64,000 nt of DNA from Patescibacteria group bacterium. GTDB taxonomy: Bacteria; Patescibacteriota; Patescibacteriia; JBDRGY01. The stretch covers positions 78,702 through 142,701 of the forward strand of contig JBDRGY010000001.1 of the NCBI GenBank assembly GCA_043817315.1, in the 5' to 3' direction. Positions 1 to 7,848 of the stretch are shown one piece after another. The notes beneath the pieces are model-generated. The model made no database searches, was not told the origin of the DNA, and worked only from the letters and a program-made list of their open reading frames with translations. Each line of letters begins with the position of its first letter. Positions within the stretch are counted from its first letter, which is position 1. Position numbers and translations under genes: made by a program.

Positions 1-2270
1 ACAACCAAGCCAATTATAAATACTGGTTGGCTGGAGCCACTTCGGTCAGTCATTTATCTTATACCGAGAAAAAAAGATTATTGGGTGGCCCAAAATTACC
101 GGCCCTAAGAGGATTTGAGTATTATACTGGTGGTTATTTTGATTTAAGTGTTCCATCTTCGGGCAATATGGAGCTATCTTCTACTAACGAAAGAGACGGA
201 GAAACAGCTTTTCAGTTCGATTGGCGCGATAGACACGGTCAAGATTGGATGACTCCGGTAAAAACTCAATATTGTGGGGATTGCTGGGCCCATGCAACGG
301 TAGGGGGGGTTGAGGCAACAATAAACCTGTATTACAGATGGCCTATTGATAAAGATTTATCAGAGCAGCAATTAGTATCTTGTTCTGATGCCGGAGATTG
401 TTCTGGTGGTACCTTTGATCTAGGTTATGTTGCTGATGAGGGACTCGTTGATGAAGATTGTTTTGCTTATGCCGGTGCCGATGTTCCCTGTGAGCTTTGC
501 ACTGATTGGGAGGCTGAAACCTGGAAGATTAGCGGATTCGGAGTTATTCCCAGAGCAACTTATCAATACAAGAAGAATCTACTTCAAAATGGTCCTTTGG
601 TATTAAATTATCGTGCTTGGGCCCATGTTATGGTTATTGCTGGTTTCGGAGAAATTACAGCAGGTGACTACTATGGTCCTGATGATCATAATAATCCTTT
701 TACCATTCCGGCAGATGATCCCCTGATAGGTAAAACCTACTGGATAATAAAAAACAGCTGGAGTGAAGCTTGGGGAGAAGCTGGTTATGGAAAATTTATC
801 ATTCCCGAGGAGACAATTGATGATGGATGGGCTCATGCAGCTGTTAGCCACACCCCAATTATCCCCCCAGATGATTTTCCTCTTGACCCTGTTTGTACCA
901 ACAGTGATGCCGATGACTATTGCTGGTGGGGAATAAGGCCGGAAAAACCAGATGATTGTCCAGCTTCCTGTACTAGCAATAGCCTGGATTGCAACGATAT
1001 GGATGCTGCAGTCGGGGAATGCCCCGATAACTATATCTGTGGCAACCATTCATATTTACCAAGCGGTGAGCAGACAGCTTTCGGTGACTATGATCAATTC
1101 CTAGATTCAAAATGTTGTGGTGATAATCTAGGTGAATACCAAGTGGGTGCTGTTTGCTGTGATAATGAGTATGATATTGAAAGTTTTACCGAAGGTTATT
1201 ACCATATTGGTCAGTATGGTTCTCAAGGATCAGGTGTAGGACAATTTAATAAGCCTACTTATCTGACCATGGCTAATGATAGAATATTTATTGCCGATTC
1301 TCTAAATCACCGGGTCCAGATTTTGGGTATCAATCCTGACAACAGTTTGAATTACCTTAGCCAATTTGGCAGCCTTGGTTCTTTTGATGGGTGGTTTAAC
1401 GAGCCCAAGGGCGTTGCTGTGACAGATAACAAGATTGTTGTATCTGATTTTCAAAACCATAGAGTTCAAATATTTGAAATAAATTATACAAACAATAGCG
1501 TCAGCTATCTCAATAAATTTGGGAGTTATGGAACTGGGCCCGGTCAGTTTAAAAAGCCCAAAGGTTTAGCCATAGATGAACAGAATAGAATATTTGTAAT
1601 TGATGAAGCTGATGGCAATGATAGAGTGCAGATATTCCAGCTAAATCCTGATGGGACAGTTGATTGGTTGGATCAATTCAATGGATCAACAACCCCTGGT
1701 GGCCAATTTAATTTTCCAGTTGATGTTGCTATTGAAGATGATCTGCTTTATGTGCTAGATAAATCTTATAGTAAAATACAAGTATTTAGGATAGAGGCTG
1801 ATAATTCGCAAACTTATATTACGGCCTTTATACCGCCACTCGGTAGCGAATTAGATTTTCCAAATGCAATTTTTGTTGAAGATAGAATCATCTATGTTTC
1901 TGGAGAGCATTCCAGCCATTTACTAGAGCTTAATAATAGCGACGTTATTGAATATATTGGAGAATTCCCTTATGATTTTGATAAATCCTGGGGTATGGCT
2001 AAAAGAAATGATACCCTGTTTGTTGCTGATGCGGATCTTGGCCGTATGGAAATCTTTCAAAACACTCCTTTTCTACAGTGTGTGGCTGCTTGCGAAGATG
2101 GTACGCTTTATGGACAATGTTCAACCGGAAAACCACTGTTTTGCGAAAACGGTGAATTATTCCACGACTGTGAAGAGTGTGGTTGCCCTACTCTCTATGG
2201 CGTTTGTCAATCAGATGGAACCTGCAAGAAGGAAAAGACTAAAATTTTAATCGAAGACCCACTGGATTAA
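1..2270 (+). CDS. Papain-family (C1A) cysteine peptidase with Cys-rich linkers and NHL-repeat beta-propeller; 5' end lies outside the window
   Basis: Q-x-C-G-D-C-W active-site motif (VKTQYCGDCWAH), His motif (HVMVIAGFG), Asn motif (YWIIKNSW); NHL repeats (GQFNKP..., IADSLNHRVQI). The frame is open from base 3, so the TTG at 27 is probably not the true start. Confidence 0.85.
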   Translation, partial: NQANYKYWLAGATSVSHLSYTEKKRLLGGPKLPALRGFEYYTGGYFDLSVPSSGNMELSSTNERDGETAFQFDWRDRHGQDWMTPVKTQYCGDCWAHATVGGVEATINLYYRWPIDKDLSEQQLVSCSDAGDCSGGTFDLGYVADEGLVDEDCFAYAGADVPCELCTDWEAETWKISGFGVIPRATYQYKKNLLQNGPLVLNYRAWAHVMVIAGFGEITAGDYYGPDDHNNPFTIPADDPLIGKTYWIIKNSWSEAWGEAGYGKFIIPEETIDDGWAHAAVSHTPIIPPDDFPLDPVCTNSDADDYCWWGIRPEKPDDCPASCTSNSLDCNDMDAAVGECPDNYICGNHSYLPSGEQTAFGDYDQFLDSKCCGDNLGEYQVGAVCCDNEYDIESFTEGYYHIGQYGSQGSGVGQFNKPTYLTMANDRIFIADSLNHRVQILGINPDNSLNYLSQFGSLGSFDGWFNEPKGVAVTDNKIVVSDFQNHRVQIFEINYTNNSVSYLNKFGSYGTGPGQFKKPKGLAIDEQNRIFVIDEADGNDRVQIFQLNPDGTVDWLDQFNGSTTPGGQFNFPVDVAIEDDLLYVLDKSYSKIQVFRIEADNSQTYITAFIPPLGSELDFPNAIFVEDRIIYVSGEHSSHLLELNNSDVIEYIGEFPYDFDKSWGMAKRNDTLFVADADLGRMEIFQNTPFLQCVAACEDGTLYGQCSTGKPLFCENGELFHDCEECGCPTLYGVCQSDGTCKKEKTKILIEDPLD

Positions 2271-3206
2271 TTATTTCTTAAAAACTTTCTCAATATCTTT
2301 AATACTTTTTACTTGCACTAATTTCTGGCGTAGCTTGGCGGCTTCAGGAAATCCTTTGGTATACCAGATTAAATGTTTGCGCATTTCAATAAGGCCATGA
2401 CTGCCTTTGGTTTTGAAATTTAAGCGGGCATGTTGCAGCGCCAACCTTTTAATCTCCGGCAAAGTAGGGGAGTGATACTCCTCTTTTTTTAAATACTCTT
2501 TAATTTGTTGAAACAGCCATGGTTTACCTCGAACCCCGCGGGCCAAACCAAGCCCATTACAGCCGGTCTTTTGAAGCATCCCCTCGGCGTCTTCCGGGGT
2601 ATTAATTCCTCCGTTGCCCAAAACCGGGATTTTGACCAACTGTTTTACTTTTTTGATCATCTGATAATCAATTGGGGCATTAAACGGATTGGAAAAAGGA
2701 CGGCCGTGAATCATGATAGCAGCGATTGGTAGATCCATTACCTTTTTAACGAAATCATAGGCAGTTACCTTTTCAATTTGGGAACGTATTTTGATAGAAA
2801 CCGGTAATTTAGTTCCTGATAAAGTTGCTTCAATGATGGCTCGGCATTTGGCAAAGTCTTTCATTAAGGTTACGCCGCCGCCGTGTCGCACTACTTTCCG
2901 GGCCGGGCAACCAAAATTGATGTCGATGCCATCATACCCTTCCTTTTCTAAACGGGCGGCGGCGTCCCCAAAATATTGAGGGCGCTTGCCGAATAATTGT
3001 CCGACAATGGGTTTCTCTGACTGGTCGAACTTAATAAGCTGCAAAGTTTTTTTGGATTTATAATGCAAGGCATCGCAGGAGATCATTTCGGTGTAGACAA
3101 CATCAGCTCCCATCTTTCTACAAAGCTGCCTGAAAGCAGAGTCGGTCAGACCGGCCATAGGTGCCAGAGCTATTATTGGTTTGTTGCTTTTCCAGAAATT
3201 AGTCAT
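2271..3206 (-). CDS. dusB: tRNA-dihydrouridine synthase (DusB-like)
   Basis: LAPMAG start, DINFGCP catalytic motif, IHGR and GNGGI motifs. Confidence 0.9.
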   Translation of the reverse strand: MTNFWKSNKPIIALAPMAGLTDSAFRQLCRKMGADVVYTEMISCDALHYKSKKTLQLIKFDQSEKPIVGQLFGKRPQYFGDAAARLEKEGYDGIDINFGCPARKVVRHGGGVTLMKDFAKCRAIIEATLSGTKLPVSIKIRSQIEKVTAYDFVKKVMDLPIAAIMIHGRPFSNPFNAPIDYQMIKKVKQLVKIPVLGNGGINTPEDAEGMLQKTGCNGLGLARGVRGKPWLFQQIKEYLKKEEYHSPTLPEIKRLALQHARLNFKTKGSHGLIEMRKHLIWYTKGFPEAAKLRQKLVQVKSIKDIEKVFKK

Positions 3207-3212
3207 AAATTT

Positions 3213-3241
3213 AGTCTATCAAAAAACAACCTTTATTGTAA
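3213..3241 (-). promoter_or_regulatory. Putative sigma70 promoter giving a leaderless dusB mRNA
   Basis: Minus strand TTACAA-17bp-TAGACT with extended-10 TG; ATG lies 6 nt after the -10. Confidence 0.5.
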
Positions 3242-3250
3242 GGTTGTTTT
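3223..3250. terminator. Hairpin / probable intrinsic terminator
   Basis: Inverted repeat aaaacaacctt / aaggttgtttt with A/T tracts, just downstream of 3261..3908(-). Confidence 0.5.
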
Positions 3251-3260
3251 AAAAATAGAA

Positions 3261-3908
3261 TTACTGATTGGTCTGTTCGATTTTTGCTATCCGTTTCTCT
3301 ATTGGCTTACGGAATTCATCTGGCATATCTGGATCTAGAGCCAAGCGAATTTTTAATACTGTCATTTCTATATCAACTCTTTCAGGAGCAAATTTTTTTC
3401 TGAAATCATCAGCCCTACCACTAACAGCGGGTTCAACTGGTTTACCCGGATCTGGTAAAAATTCCGCTATTTGGTCCCAGCGACATTTTATTTCATCTAA
3501 TGAAGGGTTGGTAGGCTTAAATTGAATGAAGGTATATTGATCTCCTAGTCCGGGCAGGCCCACTTCATTTCCGTTTTTAATTACAACACCTAGAGCCTCA
3601 ATTTGCTGTTTGATAGACTCATCCAGGGTAAAATAACCATCTATCGATTGACTTTCGCCGTTTTCTCCATAAAAACCAGATGACTGAGTAGCGTATCCCT
3701 TGCGACGGAATTCAAAAACCGCATCTCTGACTTGCGGTTCAATCATCTCACGAAAGCCTCCAGCTAAAATTTCTTCCTCTGAGGGATGCGGGTTACTTTT
3801 AATTCTTTCAGCTGTGGCTAACTCTATTTGTTCATTTACCTCTGCTCTTAATTTGGAAAAAGCTTGTAATCTTTCCTCTTCAGCGCTAGCAAGTCTTTCT
3901 TCTCTCAT
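3261..3908 (-). CDS. Hypothetical protein
   Basis: 215-aa ORF co-oriented between the Clp-like gene and dusB; motif IEPQVRDAV...KGYATQSSGF. Confidence 0.7.
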   Translation of the reverse strand: MREERLASAEEERLQAFSKLRAEVNEQIELATAERIKSNPHPSEEEILAGGFREMIEPQVRDAVFEFRRKGYATQSSGFYGENGESQSIDGYFTLDESIKQQIEALGVVIKNGNEVGLPGLGDQYTFIQFKPTNPSLDEIKCRWDQIAEFLPDPGKPVEPAVSGRADDFRKKFAPERVDIEMTVLKIRLALDPDMPDEFRKPIEKRIAKIEQTNQ

Positions 3909-3917
3909 ACGAAACTA

Positions 3918-4925
3918 TTAAATGTCTTTCTGTACTTTTTCCGGTGCTTGTTCTTCGGGCGCAGTTCGGTCTTCTTTGACTTTTTCCTCGATTTTAACTA
4001 ATTCATTAGTCCAGTCAGAAACTATTTCTTCAATATCCTCAGGCGTAACTTCAGGAGCCGGATTTTCCTTATAATTAGCTGGATCAGTTATGACGTGTAA
4101 GCGTACTTTGGAGCTGGCCTCGTCTATCAAATCGATTGCCTTATCGGGAAAAGATCTATCAGGTAAATATTTATCAGCTAATTCTACTGCTCTTTTTAAC
4201 GTCCAATCTGGCAAGCGAACGTTATGATGTTCTTCGTATTTGGATCTGATGCCGCGTAAGATATCAATAGTTGCATGGGCATCCGGCTCATCTACGATAA
4301 CCGGTTGAAAGCGGCGCTCCAAAGTAGGATCGTTTTCAATATACTTTTTATAATCCTCAGCCGTAGTGGCCCCGACCGCCTGTAGTTGGCCTCTTGATAA
4401 AGCCGGTTTCAAAATATCCGCGGCGTTAATAGCTCCAGTAGCCTCTCCAGCTTCGGCCAAACTATGAATTTCATCGATGAAGATAATAATACTGCCTTGG
4501 GCTCCCACGATTTCATTGACCACATCTTTTAATCTTTTTTCGAATTCGCCTCGATATTTTGTACCAGCCACCAAACCGCTTAAGTCGAGCTGTAGCAGCT
4601 TTTTATCTTTTATAGTTTCTGGTACATCACCTCTGGCGATTTTATTGGCCAGTTCTTCTACAATGGCAGTTTTGCCCACTCCCGAATCGCCAATTAAAAC
4701 AGGATTGTTTTTGGTACGTCTAGTCAAGATCTGAAGCACTCTTTCAATCTCGTGTTTTCGTCCCACCACCGGGTCCAATTTACCTTCTGTTGCTAAAGTA
4801 GTTAAATCTCGGGAATAAGTGGCTAGAATAGAGGAGGAAGTGACCCTGTCTTTGTAGTAACGGGAGGCAAAAAATAAAAGCACCCCCAAAACCGGAATGA
4901 TAATGTATAAGCCTAAATTGTCCAT
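3918..4925 (-). CDS. Membrane-anchored ClpA/B/C-like AAA+ ATPase containing only NBD1
   Basis: N-terminal hydrophobic helix; [20 protein letters not shown], Walker A GDSGVGKT, pore loop GTKYRG, Walker [24 protein letters not shown]. No Clp N-domain and no NBD2. Confidence 0.85.
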   Translation of the reverse strand: MDNLGLYIIIPVLGVLLFFASRYYKDRVTSSSILATYSRDLTTLATEGKLDPVVGRKHEIERVLQILTRRTKNNPVLIGDSGVGKTAIVEELANKIARGDVPETIKDKKLLQLDLSGLVAGTKYRGEFEKRLKDVVNEIVGAQGSIIIFIDEIHSLAEAGEATGAINAADILKPALSRGQLQAVGATTAEDYKKYIENDPTLERRFQPVIVDEPDAHATIDILRGIRSKYEEHHNVRLPDWTLKRAVELADKYLPDRSFPDKAIDLIDEASSKVRLHVITDPANYKENPAPEVTPEDIEEIVSDWTNELVKIEEKVKEDRTAPEEQAPEKVQKDI

Positions 4926-4938
4926 TTTTCTATTTTTT

Positions 4939-5085
4939 TTACTTTACTTGAAGAAATCTGATAGCTGCTGCGATTAAAGCAAGAACGATTGCCGAAGCCG
5001 TAATGATACCGACAATAATAGGAATTTTTACCTTTAAATTTGTTTTTGTCAGGGTGGCTGTTTGTAACTGAGGTTTTTTGTTCAT
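4939..5085 (-). CDS. Unannotated 48-aa single-pass membrane peptide [48 protein letters not shown]
   Basis: Translated by hand. ATG at 5085, TAA at 4939-4941; fills the gap between corA (4 nt) and the Clp-like gene (13 nt). Resembles N-terminal anchors of the large proteins downstream. Confidence 0.7.
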   Translation of the reverse strand: MNKKPQLQTATLTKTNLKVKIPIIVGIITASAIVLALIAAAIRFLQVK

Positions 5086-5089
5086 AGTT

Positions 5090-6022
5090 TTAAATCCAAC
5101 GTTTTTTTCTAAAGTAGAGAACCATCATCATAACGATGAAAGCGCTCATACCTATAATAACCCAGAAGTCATAAGGCTGTCCAATGAAAGGCATGTGACG
5201 AGTGTTCATGCCGAAGATGGAAGCGATCAAGGTAATTGGCAGTAATATAACCGAAATCATAGTCAGCAATTTCATTATCTCATTAAGACGATTACTGATA
5301 AGAGATTCGTTAGTTTGCTGTAAGGTTTCTATGGCTTCGCGGAAAGACTCCAGGTTGTCCCAGATGTCTTTATCAAGATTGATAATGTTGTCAAAATGGG
5401 TCTGTAATTTGTTAGGAATTACGTGGTTGGGTTTGCCGTCACGGCGACCTAGTAATTTCTGAATAGTATTCTTATGGGCTTGCATGATTTTTCTGAGGTC
5501 AGCAATGTTTTGGCGGATCAGCAATATCTCACCGACCATCCTACGTTCACTCGCCTGAAAGATGCTCTTTTTAACATTACTAATACCCAAGGAGATATGA
5601 TCTAGCATGGGAAAACAATGTACCAACAGTTTATTGATTACGTGATAGAGCATATGGACCGGACCTTGAGCCAGGCAGGCTTCTTTTTCATCCTGATTGG
5701 TTTGGCAGACATTTAGTAAATCGATTAGAGGAGCCAGCTCGTTGCGATGAACTGTAATCAGATAGTTCTGACCGATAAAAAAATCAACTTCAGATGGATA
5801 AATCTGTCTGTTCTGGCGATTATAAACAGGAAAAAGTAAAATCAAAAAAGCATAACCAGGATACTTTTCTACCTTGGGTCGCTGGGTAGGGGAGAGACAA
5901 TCTTTTAGATCTAATTCCTGGAAACTGAAGTTCTTGGCCAGATATTCCCTCTCCTCTGGGCCAAAATTTACAATATCTATCCAGCGATAGTTATTCAGTT
6001 GGACTTCACGAATATTTTTCAT
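5090..6022 (-). CDS. corA: CorA-family Mg2+/Co2+ transporter
   Basis: RPKVEKY, two C-terminal TM helices with the GMN signature (IFGMN). The ATG at 6022 is preferred over the upstream TTG at 6043. Confidence 0.9.
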   Translation of the reverse strand: MKNIREVQLNNYRWIDIVNFGPEEREYLAKNFSFQELDLKDCLSPTQRPKVEKYPGYAFLILLFPVYNRQNRQIYPSEVDFFIGQNYLITVHRNELAPLIDLLNVCQTNQDEKEACLAQGPVHMLYHVINKLLVHCFPMLDHISLGISNVKKSIFQASERRMVGEILLIRQNIADLRKIMQAHKNTIQKLLGRRDGKPNHVIPNKLQTHFDNIINLDKDIWDNLESFREAIETLQQTNESLISNRLNEIMKLLTMISVILLPITLIASIFGMNTRHMPFIGQPYDFWVIIGMSAFIVMMMVLYFRKKRWI

Positions 6023-6095
6023 AAATATAAAAGGCGCTAACAAAAGTAATTAGCACCCCATTTATCGTGTATTTCTACACCTTTATTCTATCTAC

Positions 6096-6124
6096 ATTAT
6101 AGCACACTTTAGCAATAATATCAA
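6096..6124 (-). promoter_or_regulatory. sigma70 promoter for the corA-peptide-clp operon
   Basis: Minus strand TTGATA-17bp-TATAAT with extended-10 TG. Confidence 0.65.
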
Positions 6125-6143
6125 GGTTTGAAGTAAATAAAGA

Positions 6144-6173
6144 GGGGGCGCTGGTAAGTAGCCAGTCGCCCCC
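6144..6173 (-). terminator. Intrinsic terminator of 6178..7125
   Basis: GC stem gggggcg-ctgg / ccag-t-cgccccc followed on the minus strand by tctttattt. Confidence 0.65.
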
Positions 6174-6177
6174 GTTC

Positions 6178-7125
6178 CTAGTAGTTCTTGGCGCTGTCCA
6201 TGATGAGGACGACCTCGAACTGTTCAGTTCGAGATACTGTCTCGTCAATCACAGGCAAGCCAGTGTCCGGATTCGGAACGATACTTCCGTAACGAATCCA
6301 GAAGGTCATCAGAACCTCGCCCTGTCCGCTGTTCTTCTGCCGAAAGCGGTAGCGTGCGCTGTTATTACGCACCTCTCTGGGTTTCTCTCCACTAATTGAC
6401 CTTTCGATGGAGAGCACCCGCTCATGCTTGAGGGCATCAGGTCGGGGAATGATCTCGAACTCCTGCTCGCGGGTCCCGGCAGAAATAATCCAGTTGGGAC
6501 CCACCTCTACCCAGGTGTTGCGGGTGTGGGGAGCTTTGGCCAGAAGGGGAGAGAAGGGACTGAGTCGCCAGTGCTCGTTGTCGTTGAGCGTCTTGACGAC
6601 TGCGAAGATCCGTTCGATCCGCAGAACCTGCTCGCCACGTATCGGGTGGTTGGTCAGATCACGAGTCACCTGACCCATGGCGATTTCCACATTGACGGCA
6701 TGGATCCCATTGTCTCCGTAGTTACGGATCTCAAAGGGATATTCGTAGTCGCGATTGCGCCGCAACTTCTTGGCCTTGCCTCCGTCGATCCAGACCTTAA
6801 CGTAGAGTACGTCTTCACCGATCTTAGGCCGCGGAGTCACCACGAACCTCTGTCGTTTGACGTCAGCCTTGATCATGTAAAACATGTAGGGAGGCTCAAT
6901 AACCTCCTCGGCTACGGCAAAGGTGTGGTAGGTGTCTCCTTCCTTGGCCGCCAGATTAGACTGGCTGACAAAGGGGTTGACCTTTCGGCCAGGATACCTA
7001 ACCCCGCTGGGATCAGTGTAACGGTCACGCAGTAGCGGACCGCCAAGATTCAGAACAGCGCAGCCTGTGCTGGCAAAAGACGCCAGAATCAGGGCGGCAA
7101 TGGAAAGAACACGAAACAGTTTCAT
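6178..7125 (-). CDS. Orphan putative lipoprotein, GC-rich
   Basis: Signal peptide ending in lipobox-like ASTG|C; strong SD AAGGAGG; own promoter and terminator; visibly higher GC than its neighbours. Confidence 0.75.
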   Translation of the reverse strand: MKLFRVLSIAALILASFASTGCAVLNLGGPLLRDRYTDPSGVRYPGRKVNPFVSQSNLAAKEGDTYHTFAVAEEVIEPPYMFYMIKADVKRQRFVVTPRPKIGEDVLYVKVWIDGGKAKKLRRNRDYEYPFEIRNYGDNGIHAVNVEIAMGQVTRDLTNHPIRGEQVLRIERIFAVVKTLNDNEHWRLSPFSPLLAKAPHTRNTWVEVGPNWIISAGTREQEFEIIPRPDALKHERVLSIERSISGEKPREVRNNSARYRFRQKNSGQGEVLMTFWIRYGSIVPNPDTGLPVIDETVSRTEQFEVVLIMDSAKNY

Positions 7126-7173
7126 GATTAATCCTCCTTAGCTCGTGTTACCTCCACTTCAATCAAACATTGT

Positions 7174-7202
7174 ATACTATCACATTTTTTCCAAAATGTC
7201 AA
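7174..7202 (-). promoter_or_regulatory. sigma70 promoter for 6178..7125
   Basis: Minus strand TTGACA-17bp-TAGTAT with extended-10 TG. Confidence 0.6.
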
Positions 7203-7229
7203 TACCCACTAAATCTACAGCATCTCTGA

Positions 7230-7258
7230 TTGACCAATCGGCCAAAAAGTGCTATACT
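7230..7258 (+). promoter_or_regulatory. sigma70 promoter for the VirD4-like / surface-protein operon
   Basis: TTGACC-17bp-TATACT with extended-10 TG. Confidence 0.65.
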
Positions 7259-7278
7259 TAAAAGGTAAAATTCACATT

Positions 7279-7848
7279 ATGAACAATCAAGACGATATTA
7301 TTTTAGGAGGAGGCGGTCGGGAGCAAAAGGAAATTAATCCTGAAAAGAAAGTAATCCTACCATCGCAAAAAGAGCATCAGCTGGGTGTTAGAGTTGAGGC
7401 TGCTCCAGAAATAGCTACACCGGAACAGAAAGTGGAACAAGAAATCAGCCCGGAGCAAGAAAGGGAATTGGCTAAAGAAGCAGCTAAGCAGGAGGATAAA
7501 GAGAAAATCAGTACTGCCCCAGTACCAACTTCCCCTTCATCAGTTCAGCCAGCCCAACAACAACCCAAGACCGAAATGAGACGCAATATTGAGAAAATCC
7601 TGGCAGAAGATTTGGTGGAGATCTATAATAGTTTAAATGAAGAGGAAAAAAAGGAATTTAAAGCTGAAGGAGAAAGGGTAGCCTCCAAGATTGAGCAGAT
7701 AATGCAGCAAATGAAAATAAAGGCCAAAGAAGTACTAAAGCTGATTCGTGACTGGCTAAAAAAGATCCCAGGTATTAATCGTTTTTTTCTTATTCAAGAA
7801 GCCAAGATAAAAACAGACAGAATCCTGGCTCTAAAAGATAGGCAATAA
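7279..7848 (+). CDS. Conserved hypothetical protein (CPR-type partner upstream of the VirD4-like ATPase)
   Basis: Start moved to ATG 7279 because the called GTG lies in the -10 region. Low-complexity N-terminus; C-terminal IPGINRFFLIQEAKIKTD; TAATG overlap with the next gene. Confidence 0.75.
   Translation: MNNQDDIILGGGGREQKEINPEKKVILPSQKEHQLGVRVEAAPEIATPEQKVEQEISPEQERELAKEAAKQEDKEKISTAPVPTSPSSVQPAQQQPKTEMRRNIEKILAEDLVEIYNSLNEEEKKEFKAEGERVASKIEQIMQQMKIKAKEVLKLIRDWLKKIPGINRFFLIQEAKIKTDRILALKDRQ

Noticed and set aside
2262-2280. Zero-gap convergent stops (TAA/TTA) as a special site
   Set aside because: Consistent with ordinary genome compaction; no further structure visible.
4939-5085. Type IV pilin
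   Set aside because: No class III cleavage motif (G|F-x-x-x-E).
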